Assembly: GCA_965199495.1 (NCBI GenBank)
Contig: CBDASK010000003.1
Span: 448,001 to 512,000, forward strand
DNA from: Abditibacterium sp.
Lineage (GTDB): Bacteria > Armatimonadota > Abditibacteriia > Abditibacteriales > Abditibacteriaceae
Length of the DNA stretch: 64,000 nt
Direction of reading: 5' to 3'
The position numbers were made by a program, and so were the translations under genes. A model generated the notes under the pieces. That model saw only the letters and a list, made by a program, of their open reading frames with translations, made no database searches and had not been told where the DNA came from. Positions 18,771 through 30,145 of the stretch are shown here, in pieces (the stretch's first letter is position 1; every line of letters starts with the position of its first letter).

Positions 18771-20378
18771 ATGTCTCACACACTTCTGAAAAAGTCTTTG
18801 ATCGCGCCCGCCTTCGGTCTGGGCGCCGCGCTCGTCCTCTCCGGCGCATCCGCACCCAACGCGGGGGCTGAACCGCGCGACGAAGTTTCGTATATGCGCG
18901 GGCCGCAAAACGCGGGCGGTCGCGCTTTCTTTCAACGTATGCCGGAATCGGAAAGTTACTCGGCGGGCTTCCACTATCATCACGGCAAAGAACACGATGT
19001 GCTGGCCAGGACGCCTTACGACGAGATGTCGAAAACCGATCACGACTTCAACGTTTCGGTGACCAACTTCATCTACGAGAAAAAGGCCAAGACCGGGCCT
19101 TCGATGGAGCTTTACGGGCCGTATACCGCGCGGCTGGCGTGGGATTTATTTCGCACCATCGACTGGACTCACGAACATCACGAACAGACCTACGATGTTA
19201 TGGCCTCCAGGAGCGTGCCCTACGCTCAGAAAAAGGCGATGACCGATAAAGCCGTGCGCTACTATCTGGAGAAGAACCCCGACGTGGCTCGTTCGATTGC
19301 GCCGCTCGACATTACCATGCGGCGCGCGGGCGTGATGATGAAGCCGTATTTCACCTTGTATCGCAACTACTCGCCCGAAAGCAATTCGGTGGCGTGGGTG
19401 GCGCACTGGTGGCATCCGGCGATTTACGAGGCGCAGATCATGGGCGGCAACGGCCCGCTTCAAGATCAGATGGTTGATCAGACCAACAAAACGATGTTCA
19501 ACCAGTTCTTCGCGGTGCGGCCCGAACGCATGATTTTGTCGCGCGAACTGATGCCGCGCTATTCGCGCATGAGTCCCGAAACCGCCAACATTTTCGACAA
19601 CCTGCATATGCTGCACGGCATCACCTACGACATCATGTTGTATAAGGGCTACACGCCGCAGCAAAAGCGCGACGAATTGTATCGCGTCATCAAGGCGATG
19701 GGTTATCAGCCGGGCGACGAGAAGTATGTCCGCAAATTCACCGAGCCGCATCCCGATGTTGACCCGCGCGTTTACGAGCCTTGGATGGGCACTTACGAGG
19801 GCGAGATGAGCCGCATCATGGGCGAAATGCTGGACGAGATGATGCCGATGATGATGCCGGGCATTTCGGACGAGGATAAGGCGCGCGTTATGGAACAGTT
19901 CAAGCTCAAGAATATGCAGGGCATTCAGTCGGGCGAGAAACCCGGCAGCTTGATGGACGCTTTGAAAGCGGTCTATCCGCAGATGAAGATGAACCCGGAA
20001 ACTATGAAAGCCGGAGTCGAGCCGACGATGATGGTGAACATGATGCTCAAGGGCTGGATGGAGAAATACGCCGATATGCCCGACATCCCCGCTTACGACA
20101 TGAGCGTGGAGCCAGCCACGGCGCCGGTCTTACCAGTTGAGTATCAGAAGTTGATGGATTCGTGGCCCAAAATTGGTGAACCGCAATACGGTCTGATCGC
20201 GCGTCAGGCGATGCCGACGGTCGAAAACACAACGCCCGAAGGCGTCGCCGCGCAGTTGGCGATGATCAACGCGCAGAACGGCGCCGCCGTCGCCGATACG
20301 CAAGGCAAAACCGGCATCGCGCGCCCGCAGTTCGATCCCAAAACCGCGCCGATGATGATGGCCAAAGCCAGCAAATAA
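18771..20378 (+). CDS. Exported His-motif, Met-rich protein of unknown function
   Basis: Signal peptide; FHYHHG, DWTHEHHEQTYD, AHWWHP, FDNLHMLH; Met-rich C-terminal half. Confidence 0.75.
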   Translation: MSHTLLKKSLIAPAFGLGAALVLSGASAPNAGAEPRDEVSYMRGPQNAGGRAFFQRMPESESYSAGFHYHHGKEHDVLARTPYDEMSKTDHDFNVSVTNFIYEKKAKTGPSMELYGPYTARLAWDLFRTIDWTHEHHEQTYDVMASRSVPYAQKKAMTDKAVRYYLEKNPDVARSIAPLDITMRRAGVMMKPYFTLYRNYSPESNSVAWVAHWWHPAIYEAQIMGGNGPLQDQMVDQTNKTMFNQFFAVRPERMILSRELMPRYSRMSPETANIFDNLHMLHGITYDIMLYKGYTPQQKRDELYRVIKAMGYQPGDEKYVRKFTEPHPDVDPRVYEPWMGTYEGEMSRIMGEMLDEMMPMMMPGISDEDKARVMEQFKLKNMQGIQSGEKPGSLMDALKAVYPQMKMNPETMKAGVEPTMMVNMMLKGWMEKYADMPDIPAYDMSVEPATAPVLPVEYQKLMDSWPKIGEPQYGLIARQAMPTVENTTPEGVAAQLAMINAQNGAAVADTQGKTGIARPQFDPKTAPMMMAKASK

Positions 20379-20443
20379 GTCTCGCGTGGGGCGGCTGATG
20401 TTCGAGCTAACTCAGCCACCGCGCCACGAATCCCCCTTCTAAC

Positions 20444-21199
20444 ATGAACAAATCTCACATTCTCTTCGGCGTGGCTGCATCGGTTGTGCTGGCATCAACG
20501 GCGCACGCCGACGATCACATTAACCTGGAGCCGGGTCTGCCGCTCGAAGTCGAAGACGCCTACGCGACCGGTTATCTCAACCGCGAGTTTCAATTGTCGG
20601 GCCGCTACGAGCGCACCGCCGAGGGCAAAAACCAATACACCGTTGATCCGCGTTTGGAATACGGTTTCGCGCGCAACTGGCAGGCGCGCATCCGCGTGCC
20701 GTTTATCTTGGGGAGCGGCGATAAGCGCGGTTCGGGCGACATCGGCGCCGAGGTTTTCTATAACTTCAACACCGAGAGTCTGAAACTTCCGGCATTCGCC
20801 GCTTCGGTCAACTTAACCGCTCCAACGGGCCGCGACTCGTCGGGCATTGACACCGAGTTCAAACTGATCGCCACCAAAAGTCTGGGCTATGCCGAGAAGT
20901 TGCAGCGCGTTCACCTGAATTTGACTTACTTCAACAACGCCAGCGCGCGCGCCGACGAGCGTTCCAACGGTTACGCGGCGGTCGTGGGTTACAGTCAGCG
21001 CGTCGGGCCGCAAACGATTTTCCTCGCCGATTATGTGCGCCAACAGCAGAAGGAACGCAGTGTAACCTACGATCTCCTCGAAGTCGGCCTGCGCTATCAA
21101 AAGACGCCACTGACAACTCTATCCCTCGGTTTGGGCACTGGCGTCAGCAAAGACTCTCCCGATTTTCGCGCGACATTGGGTCTGCAACGCTCGTTCTAA
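20444..21199 (+). CDS. Outer-membrane beta-barrel, putative channel
   Basis: Signal peptide AHA|DDH, amphipathic strands, C-terminal Phe. Confidence 0.75.
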   Translation: MNKSHILFGVAASVVLASTAHADDHINLEPGLPLEVEDAYATGYLNREFQLSGRYERTAEGKNQYTVDPRLEYGFARNWQARIRVPFILGSGDKRGSGDIGAEVFYNFNTESLKLPAFAASVNLTAPTGRDSSGIDTEFKLIATKSLGYAEKLQRVHLNLTYFNNASARADERSNGYAAVVGYSQRVGPQTIFLADYVRQQQKERSVTYDLLEVGLRYQKTPLTTLSLGLGTGVSKDSPDFRATLGLQRSF

Positions 21200-21266
21200 A
21201 TCGAACTCGTGACATCAAAAATCTGGCGAATTATTCGCCGGGCTTTGGTGTTTGTGGGATTAGGAG

Positions 21267-21982
21267 TTAGTCGCTCATGCCGAGCAGCAAAAACAGCAGA
21301 AAGCCGCCGAAAAATGCGGCGGTCAGCCAAGGCAATTCGGGTTCTTCGTGGGCTTCGACCAACAACTCTTCGGTGACCAAAAACAAAAGCGCGGCCAGGC
21401 CAAACGATAAGACCAGTTCGATCCATTCGTCGCTCAGGCTGGAAAGTAGCGTCGCGCCCGCTCCGGCGCCGACCAGAAACAGCAGTGCTAAACCCGAAAC
21501 GGTGCCGAGATTACGTGCGCGGCTCAAGCCCGCCTGTCCCAGCGCCGCCGCCGTTGCCAAGCCCAGTGATAACAGTTCGGTCGCCAGCGCCAGCGTCAGC
21601 AAAACGCCCTCTTTCTGGCCCGCCGCGAAACCGATGCCCAAAAGCAATCCGTCAACGGCGATGTCCACGCCCACGCCAAATAACAGCCCATTTGACGCGC
21701 CTCCGTCGTTTTCTTCGCCGCCCGCTTTGCGCTCGTTCCAAGCGCGCACTCCCAACGGCACAGCCACGCCCAGAGCGAAACCGATGGCGACTTCGAGCGG
21801 GCGATGGCGCGACACTACATCGGGCAACAGTTCGACGGCCACGACCGAAAACACCACGCCCGCCGCGAAGTGCAGGATCGCGCTGCGCCATTTGGAGTTG
21901 GGCGGGCGCCAGACCGCGACCGCGCCGCCGATGATCATGGTGGTGACCGGCAGTAAAGCGAAAAGAAAAATTTGCCAGAAGT

Positions 21983-21986
<4 letters not shown>
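21267..21986 (-). CDS. ZIP-family metal transporter
   Basis: HFAAGVVFSVVAVELLP, VDIAVDG, TEELLVEAHE. ATGA overlap with the ATPase stop. Confidence 0.85.
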
Positions 21987-24181
<2,195 letters not shown>

Positions 24182-24203
24182 GAGAAATTTGAATGTCGAG
24201 GGG

Positions 24204-24235
24204 TTGACCCTCAAGCAACTGGAGGCATTTATAAT
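24204..24235 (+). promoter_or_regulatory. MerR-type long-spacer promoter/operator
   Basis: TTGACC-20 nt-TATAAT with the dyad CCTCAAG-caa-CTGGAGG; faces the merR gene. Confidence 0.8.
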
Positions 24236-24258
24236 GCTTTTAGGAGGAAGGTTGAGCT

Positions 24259-24945
24259 ATGCAAATCGGAGAATTGGCCAGGCAAACGGGTAAAAGCGTG
24301 GCGGCGCTGCGCTACTACGAGCAGGTCGGCTTGCTTTTGCCATCGCAGCGCACCGAAGCGGGCTACCGGCGCTATGAGGCCGCAGCGGTGGAGCGCGTGC
24401 GCTTTATCGCCGAGGCCCAGGCGCGCGGCTTTTCGCTGCGGGAAATCAAGGCGCTGTTGTTCCTGAGTGACACAGGGCAGACACCTTGTCCAAGCGTCGC
24501 GCGAGCAGCTCGCAAAAAGGTCGAGCGTCTGGAACGACGCATCGAGCAGTTGCGCGAGCGGCGCGCTTTGCTGTTGGAAGCGGTTCGGCTGTGGGAGGCC
24601 GGATTGTTGCCCACCGCTCCGTTTTGCCCAATGCTCAACGTTCTCCCCAATTCCGATCAAAGGAGGTGTATAAGCATGAAACGATCAATAGAAGTGTTCA
24701 TCGCGGGCTGCCCGTTGTGCGACGAGGCCGTAAAGCTGGTCAAGTCAACGGCGTGCCCCAGTTGCGAAGTCAAGGTCTACGACCTACGCGAAGGCTGCGC
24801 GACCGATGAGTGCCGCGAGTTGGCGGCGCGCTACGGCGTCAAAACGGTTCCGAGCGTGGTGGTGGACGGCCAGATGGCTGACTGCTGCCAATCCGGTGGC
24901 GTGACCGAGGCCGGACTGCGCGCGGCGGGCGTCGGTGCCGGATAA
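24259..24945 (+). CDS. MerR-family regulator in frame with a thioredoxin/glutaredoxin-like domain
   Basis: MQIGELARQTG...LRYYEQVGLL...GYRRY, PCP, FCP; then EVFIAGCPLC...VPSVVVDG...CC. Confidence 0.85.
   Translation: MQIGELARQTGKSVAALRYYEQVGLLLPSQRTEAGYRRYEAAAVERVRFIAEAQARGFSLREIKALLFLSDTGQTPCPSVARAARKKVERLERRIEQLRERRALLLEAVRLWEAGLLPTAPFCPMLNVLPNSDQRRCISMKRSIEVFIAGCPLCDEAVKLVKSTACPSCEVKVYDLREGCATDECRELAARYGVKTVPSVVVDGQMADCCQSGGVTEAGLRAAGVGAG
24676..24945 (+). CDS. Thioredoxin/glutaredoxin-like Cys-rich protein (internal in-frame start)
   Basis: Perfect SD AAGGAGGT just upstream of ATG 24676; CPLC, CPSC, CC. Confidence 0.7.
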   Translation: MKRSIEVFIAGCPLCDEAVKLVKSTACPSCEVKVYDLREGCATDECRELAARYGVKTVPSVVVDGQMADCCQSGGVTEAGLRAAGVGAG

Positions 24946-24952
24946 GGCACCG

Positions 24953-24989
24953 CGAAAAGTTGGGATGGGTTGCTCATCCCAACTTTTCG
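24953..24989. terminator. Inverted repeat, likely terminator
   Basis: CGAAAAGTTGGGATG...CATCCCAACTTTTCG, 15-bp arms. Confidence 0.7.
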
Positions 24990-25023
24990 TGCGCGCAACT
25001 CTTGGGCAGCGTCGCCGTCCATA

Positions 25024-25119
25024 CGGCTCGACGCTTTCCATGCGCGCCAGCCGATTGCGGATAAGTTGCTCTTCGGTCGGGCAGTCCATGCCCGCGACAT
25101 AAAAGGTGGATTGTTTCAT
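25024..25119 (-). pseudogene. 5' stub of a second zntA-like ATPase
   Basis: MKQSTFYVAGMDCPTEEQLIRNRL is identical to the start of the ATPase at 24181, then similarity is lost. Confidence 0.85.
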
Positions 25120-25136
25120 GGGATTTAAAGTGACTT

Positions 25137-25724
25137 TTAGGTTTGCTCTGACGAGGCGTCGCGCCACGAATCGAAACCCGAATAGAGTGCCACGCCCGCA
25201 ATAGCCAACGCTACGACCGGATCGGCCCACCACCAGCCAAAGAGCGCGTTCAACCCCAATCCTATCAGAAGACTGAGCGAAAGGTAATTGGAAATGCGAG
25301 TTTCCTGGGCCTGAGCCAGCACGATTTTGTTGTTCGATGCGCGCCCGTAGCGATCCTGAGCGAGCGCAATGGGAACCATGAACAACAACGCCACCACGTT
25401 GAGGCCGATGCCCAACGGAGAAGGTTGTGGGTCGCTTGCGCCAAACAGCGTTCGCAGCGACTCAAAGGTGACATAAGCCGCCAGCAAAAAGAAGGTGGCC
25501 GCGATAAATCGCAAGGCTTTCTCTTGACGCGCCCCGCCGCGCAACTGCCAGATCACGATGCCAGCGGCCATCACTTCGATGGCCGAGTCCAACCCAAAAC
25601 CCACCAGAGCTACCGAACCCGCGCGCAGACCCGCCGTGACCGCAACGGTGCCCTCGATCACGTCCCACACCACGATAAACCACGCGAGAAACAAAGCCCG
25701 GCGCAGAGCGGTTTGCTCGTTCAT
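25137..25724 (-). CDS. CDF-like cation transporter (TM domain only)
   Basis: GSVALVGFGLDSAIE, GWWWADPV; no cytosolic CTD. ATGA overlap with the upstream small ORF. Confidence 0.8.
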   Translation of the reverse strand: MNEQTALRRALFLAWFIVVWDVIEGTVAVTAGLRAGSVALVGFGLDSAIEVMAAGIVIWQLRGGARQEKALRFIAATFFLLAAYVTFESLRTLFGASDPQPSPLGIGLNVVALLFMVPIALAQDRYGRASNNKIVLAQAQETRISNYLSLSLLIGLGLNALFGWWWADPVVALAIAGVALYSGFDSWRDASSEQT

Positions 25725-26029
25725 CGGCGGTGACTCCATGCTTTCGGATCATCGTCAAAGCCGTTGTCCCGGCAACACTTGGCCAAGCGGCGCGGCGCGC
25801 AAGCGTGCCCGTCGTGCGCCCGGTCTTTGGGCACGATTTTCGGCGCGAATGGAGCTTGCGGTTGGTCACTTGCTCCGGCAGGAAGTTCGTGGGCTACGGC
25901 TTTGATGGCGGGCGCGGCCAAGGCCGGTTGAGTCATCTGCGGTTCTTCGCCCACGCAACTCCAGGGCAACGTCATGGCGATTACGCTCACGGCGCCCAGG
26001 CGGGCGCATTTGAAAAGTGTGGAATTCAT
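25721..26029 (-). CDS. Small exported LPWSC-motif protein
   Basis: Signal-like RLGAVSVIAMTLPWSC; HDGH and KCC; translationally coupled to the CDF-like gene; paralog at 35639. Confidence 0.65.
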   Translation of the reverse strand: MNSTLFKCARLGAVSVIAMTLPWSCVGEEPQMTQPALAAPAIKAVAHELPAGASDQPQAPFAPKIVPKDRAHDGHACAPRRLAKCCRDNGFDDDPKAWSHRR

Positions 26030-26032
26030 GGT

Positions 26033-26617
26033 TTATTTTGTGGTCTGCGCCAGTTGTTCGACGGCGCGGTCAACGGATTTGCGGACGAACTTCAGCAGCA
26101 CTTCGTCCAGGGGGATATTGCGCTTGCGGATGCCGCCGTGGAGCCACCAGACATCGCCCCAGTCGAGCGTGACTGTCTTCTGTGCCAGAATCCTTCCGGC
26201 AGCATCAACCAAGCAAATTCTGGTGGTGACAAACGTGCCTTTGCGTGTTAGAGCACGCCAGCCTATCACGCCAGGCGGCAATGAAATCGGTAGCGAAACG
26301 GTGCCCCTCACAAACACAGGGGCGGTTGTCGCTTGTATCGAAGCGACTTGCTCGACAGTCGGGGCGACGTGTCGCTTAAGCAACAGGCGCTCGGCGCGCT
26401 TGCCAGCTTCGATGCTCAACTTTTTGAGAATGGCGTCTTGATCTGCGCGCTCCGGTGAGCCTTCGAGGATTTGCGGCTCGATTGTGAAAGGAAGGACGGC
26501 AATTTTTTGCCAGCGTTGGCCACTTTGCGTGTCTTCTTTCGCGCTGGCAAAAGAAGACAATAGCAGCAAGCAAAGCAGAGAAAGTCCGTAAAGATGAACG
26601 GATTTGAGAATTTTCAT
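26033..26617 (-). CDS. Exported hypothetical protein
   Basis: Signal peptide FASA; KIAVLPF alpha/beta start; operonic spacing. Confidence 0.65.
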   Translation of the reverse strand: MKILKSVHLYGLSLLCLLLLSSFASAKEDTQSGQRWQKIAVLPFTIEPQILEGSPERADQDAILKKLSIEAGKRAERLLLKRHVAPTVEQVASIQATTAPVFVRGTVSLPISLPPGVIGWRALTRKGTFVTTRICLVDAAGRILAQKTVTLDWGDVWWLHGGIRKRNIPLDEVLLKFVRKSVDRAVEQLAQTTK

Positions 26618-26642
26618 GAGATCGTTTTCCTGTTTGTCTACA

Positions 26643-26945
26643 TCAGTCTTCGTGTTCTCCGGTGCGGATTTTCACCGTGTCCTCGATGGGAATCACGAAC
26701 ATGCGCCCATCGCCCGACTTGCCGGTGTGAGCAGTTGCCTGAATCGCGCCCATCACGGCGCCGACGAGTTCGTCGGGCACCATAATTTCGAGCTTGGTTT
26801 TGGTGACCGTCTGGCGGTTGCCCGACTTCACGCTGATGCCCTGCACTTCGCCCACCGTCACGGCGGGCAAATCTCCGATTTGCTGCAACGCATCCAAAAC
26901 ATGGTTCAGCATGAACGGCTGAATGATGGCTTTGACTTCTTTCAT
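26643..26945 (-). CDS. PII-like protein with shortened T-loop (czc-associated type)
   Basis: MKEVKAIIQPFML, TGKSGDGRMFV; SD AAGGAG; directly after czcA. Confidence 0.88.
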   Translation of the reverse strand: MKEVKAIIQPFMLNHVLDALQQIGDLPAVTVGEVQGISVKSGNRQTVTKTKLEIMVPDELVGAVMGAIQATAHTGKSGDGRMFVIPIEDTVKIRTGEHED

Positions 26946-27023
26946 CTTGATTTCTCCTTTAAGGTAGTGCGCTCCAGCTTCGCGCAACGACGCTATTTGG
27001 CGTCGTTGCGCGAAGCTAAAAAT

Positions 27024-30000
27024 TTACACTTCGACATCCTGCGCTTCGTCGCGCTCGAACCAGTTGTAGAGCGTGGGCAACACGAACAGCGTCAAGATCG
27101 TGGACGTAATCAGCCCGCCGATGACCACCGTTGCGAGTGGCTTTTGCACTTCGCCGCCCGCGCCGTGTCCAAAGGCCATCGGGATGAAGCCAATCGAAGC
27201 GACGGTCGCCGTCATCAAAACCGGGCGCAATCGGGTTTCGCAGCCGCGCTGCACCGCTTCGCCCAGAGGCACGCCGCTTTGCCGCAGCTCATTGATGAAG
27301 GTCAGCAACACCACGCCGTTGAGAACGGCCACGCCGAACAGGGCGATAAAGCCGATGCCCGCCGAAAGCGAGAAATGCAACCCGCGCAGATAAAGCGCGA
27401 GGATGCCGCCCGTCACGGCGAAGGGAATACCGGTGAACACCAGAGCGGCTTGTTTGAGCGAGCCAAAGGTCGTGAAGAGCAACAAGAAGATGACCGCGAA
27501 GGTGATGGGCACCACGATCATCAAGCGCGCGCGGCCCGACTGCAACTTCTCGTAGGTGCCGCCGTATTCGACGCGATAGCCGGGCGGCAAAGCGACTCGC
27601 TGCGCGACGCGCTTTTGCAGCGCCTCCACGACCGTTCCCAGGTCGCTGCCGCGCACGTTCATTTGAACGACGGTGCGGCCTTCGCCGTTCTCGCGCGAGA
27701 GTTGAACCGGCCCATCGCTTTCCACGATGTCCGCGAGTTGGGCGAGCGGAACATCGGGGCCTGAGGGCGAGTGGATCAAAATGCGCCCGATGGACGCGGC
27801 ATCCGAGCGATACTGCGGCGCCAAACGCACCACGAGTGGAAAGCGGCGGTCGCCTTCGATGATGGTCGAAGCCTGTTTGCCGCCCAGGGCGCTTTCGACG
27901 ACGGAGTTCACATCAGAGATGCTCAGGCCGTGACGCGCCACCTCGTCGCGGTTGATTTTGATGTCGAGGAGCGGCAGACCGGCGGTGGTTTCGACCGACA
28001 CATCGACGGCGCCGGGAATTTTACGGGCGACATCGGCGATTTTGTCGGCAAATTTGGCGCGAACATCGCGGTCAGGGCCAAACAACTTGATGCCGACATC
28101 GCCCCGGATGCCCACGCCCTCGATGAGTTCGTTCATCCTCATCTCGATGGGCTGCGAGAACGTGGTGCCCACGCCGGGCAAGTCGCCCAGCACGCCCTCC
28201 ATCTTCTCTACGAGTTCGGCCTTGTCGTGCGCTCGCTTCCAGCCGCTCTGGGGTTTGAGAGAAATCAGCACGTCGCTTCCGCTGACCAGATCGGGGTCGG
28301 TCGCCAGTTCCGCCCGCCCGATGCGCGCGAACACAGTGTCGATCTCGTCGGGAAACTCGTCTTTGAGGTGACGGCTCAACACCGTTTGGCGCCACACCGC
28401 CTCTTCCAGAGAAATGCTCGCGGGATAGGTTGCCCGCACCGAAATCGAGCCTTCATCCAATTTGGGAATGAACTCCGAGCCGAGCAACGGAAACAGCGCC
28501 AAACAGCCGACCAGAAACAGGCTCGCCGCGCCGGTCGTGAGCCAGCGATGTTTGATGGTGCGCGCCAGAAGCGGCGCGTAACCGCGCCGCAACCGCTCCA
28601 ATACCGGGTTGTGCTTTTCAACTTTGACGTTGAGAAAAAAGGTGCAAAGCGCCGGAACAACGGTGAGCGAAATCACGACCGCGCCCAAGAGCGCGATGAT
28701 CACGGTTTGCCCCATCGGGCGGAACATCTTGCCTTCGATACCAACGAGCGTCAAAATCGGGATGTAGGCCGCGATGATGATGAACGTGCCGAAAACCGCA
28801 GGCTTGAGCACTTCGGTCGCCGCCTGCGCGATCACGCCTTCGCGCTCGCCTTGGGTGAGGTCGCGCCCCAGTTCGCCCCTTCGTTCGCTCAGCAAGCGGA
28901 TGGCGTTTTCGACGATGATGACCGCACCGTCCACGATGAGGCCAAAGTCCACTGCGCCCAGACTCATCAGGTTGGCCGAGATGCCGAAGTAGTTCATCCC
29001 GATGAGCGCAATGGCCATTGCGAGCGGAATCGCGCTCGACACAATCAACCCGGCCCGCAACTGAAGCAAGAACAGGAACAACACGGCGATGACCAGAACG
29101 CCGCCTTCGATGAGGTTGCGCGTCGCCGTCCCGATGGCGCGGCCAATCAGTTCGCTTCGGTCGAGAAAGCCGTTGAGCTTAAGTCCCGGTGGCAAGGTTT
29201 TCTGGATTTGCGCGACTTTGTGTTTCACGCGGTTCACCACGACGCGCCCGTTTTCGCCGAGCAAGAGCAGCGTGATGGCGTAGACCTGCTCGCCCTCGCC
29301 GTTGCGGATGGTGGCGCCCTGGCGCACCGCCGCGCCAAAACCGACCGTGCCGATGTCGCGGATTTTGACCGGCACGCCGTTTTCCGCCTTGATGACGATG
29401 TTGCCGATGTCGCTCACACTTCGCACCAAACCCGAACCGCGAATCAGTTCTTGTTCCGAGCCTTTGGTGATGTAGGCGCCGCCCGCGTTCCCGTTGCCAT
29501 TCTCCAGGGCCGTCAAAACTTCGCCCATATCCAGGCGCCGTGCCGCGAGTTTGGCCGGGTCAACTTGCACTTGATACTGCTTCGCCTCACCGCCCAGGGT
29601 GTTCACTTCGGCGAGGCCGGGAACGGTTCGTAGTTGAGGAGCGACCAGCCAGTCCATAATGGTGCGCCGCTCCATAAGCGAGTATTGTTTGGGCGATTTG
29701 GGGTCGTTGTCAAGCGAGATATAGTAGATTTCGCCCAGCCCCGTCGAAACCGGCGACAAGTCCACCGCCGAGCCTGTGGGAAGTTGTTCGCGCACCTCGT
29801 TCACCCGTTCATTGACGAGTTGGCGCGCGAAGTAGATGTCGGTCGCGTCGTCAAAAACGACCGTGACCTGCGACAAGCCGAACTGCGAAACCGAGCGCGT
29901 TTCCACCTGATGGGGCAGGCTGGACATGGCGATTTCAAGCGGAAAAGTGATCTGCCGCTCGATGTCTTCCGGGCCAAGCGAGGGCGACTTCACGTTGATT

Positions 30001-30143
30001 TGCACCTGCTTGTTGGTCACATCCGGCACGGCATCAATGGGCAGTTGCAGCGCCGAGTAGACGCCATAAGCTAACACCATGAAGGCAGCGATTAAGACGA
30101 ACACGCGCTGCTTGATGGAAAATTCGAGGATTTTTTGGATCAT
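27024..30143 (-). CDS. czcA: CzcA-family heavy-metal RND permease, operon 2
   Basis: LPIDAVPDVT, SLGAVDFGLIVDGAVIIVEN, RLRPVLMT. Confidence 0.95.
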   Translation of the reverse strand: MIQKILEFSIKQRVFVLIAAFMVLAYGVYSALQLPIDAVPDVTNKQVQINVKSPSLGPEDIERQITFPLEIAMSSLPHQVETRSVSQFGLSQVTVVFDDATDIYFARQLVNERVNEVREQLPTGSAVDLSPVSTGLGEIYYISLDNDPKSPKQYSLMERRTIMDWLVAPQLRTVPGLAEVNTLGGEAKQYQVQVDPAKLAARRLDMGEVLTALENGNGNAGGAYITKGSEQELIRGSGLVRSVSDIGNIVIKAENGVPVKIRDIGTVGFGAAVRQGATIRNGEGEQVYAITLLLLGENGRVVVNRVKHKVAQIQKTLPPGLKLNGFLDRSELIGRAIGTATRNLIEGGVLVIAVLFLFLLQLRAGLIVSSAIPLAMAIALIGMNYFGISANLMSLGAVDFGLIVDGAVIIVENAIRLLSERRGELGRDLTQGEREGVIAQAATEVLKPAVFGTFIIIAAYIPILTLVGIEGKMFRPMGQTVIIALLGAVVISLTVVPALCTFFLNVKVEKHNPVLERLRRGYAPLLARTIKHRWLTTGAASLFLVGCLALFPLLGSEFIPKLDEGSISVRATYPASISLEEAVWRQTVLSRHLKDEFPDEIDTVFARIGRAELATDPDLVSGSDVLISLKPQSGWKRAHDKAELVEKMEGVLGDLPGVGTTFSQPIEMRMNELIEGVGIRGDVGIKLFGPDRDVRAKFADKIADVARKIPGAVDVSVETTAGLPLLDIKINRDEVARHGLSISDVNSVVESALGGKQASTIIEGDRRFPLVVRLAPQYRSDAASIGRILIHSPSGPDVPLAQLADIVESDGPVQLSRENGEGRTVVQMNVRGSDLGTVVEALQKRVAQRVALPPGYRVEYGGTYEKLQSGRARLMIVVPITFAVIFLLLFTTFGSLKQAALVFTGIPFAVTGGILALYLRGLHFSLSAGIGFIALFGVAVLNGVVLLTFINELRQSGVPLGEAVQRGCETRLRPVLMTATVASIGFIPMAFGHGAGGEVQKPLATVVIGGLITSTILTLFVLPTLYNWFERDEAQDVEV

Positions 30144-30145
30144 GA

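Noticed and set aside
24784..25233. 149-aa ORF containing GMDCPTEE
   Set aside because: Only the ~30-codon zntA stub is real; the rest overlaps other genes.
27771..29633. Long antisense ORFs (620 aa here; also 5914-6897, 26604-27764, 49908-51236, 51620-53215)
   Set aside because: They are shadows of GC-rich genes on the opposite strand and carry no recognisable motifs.
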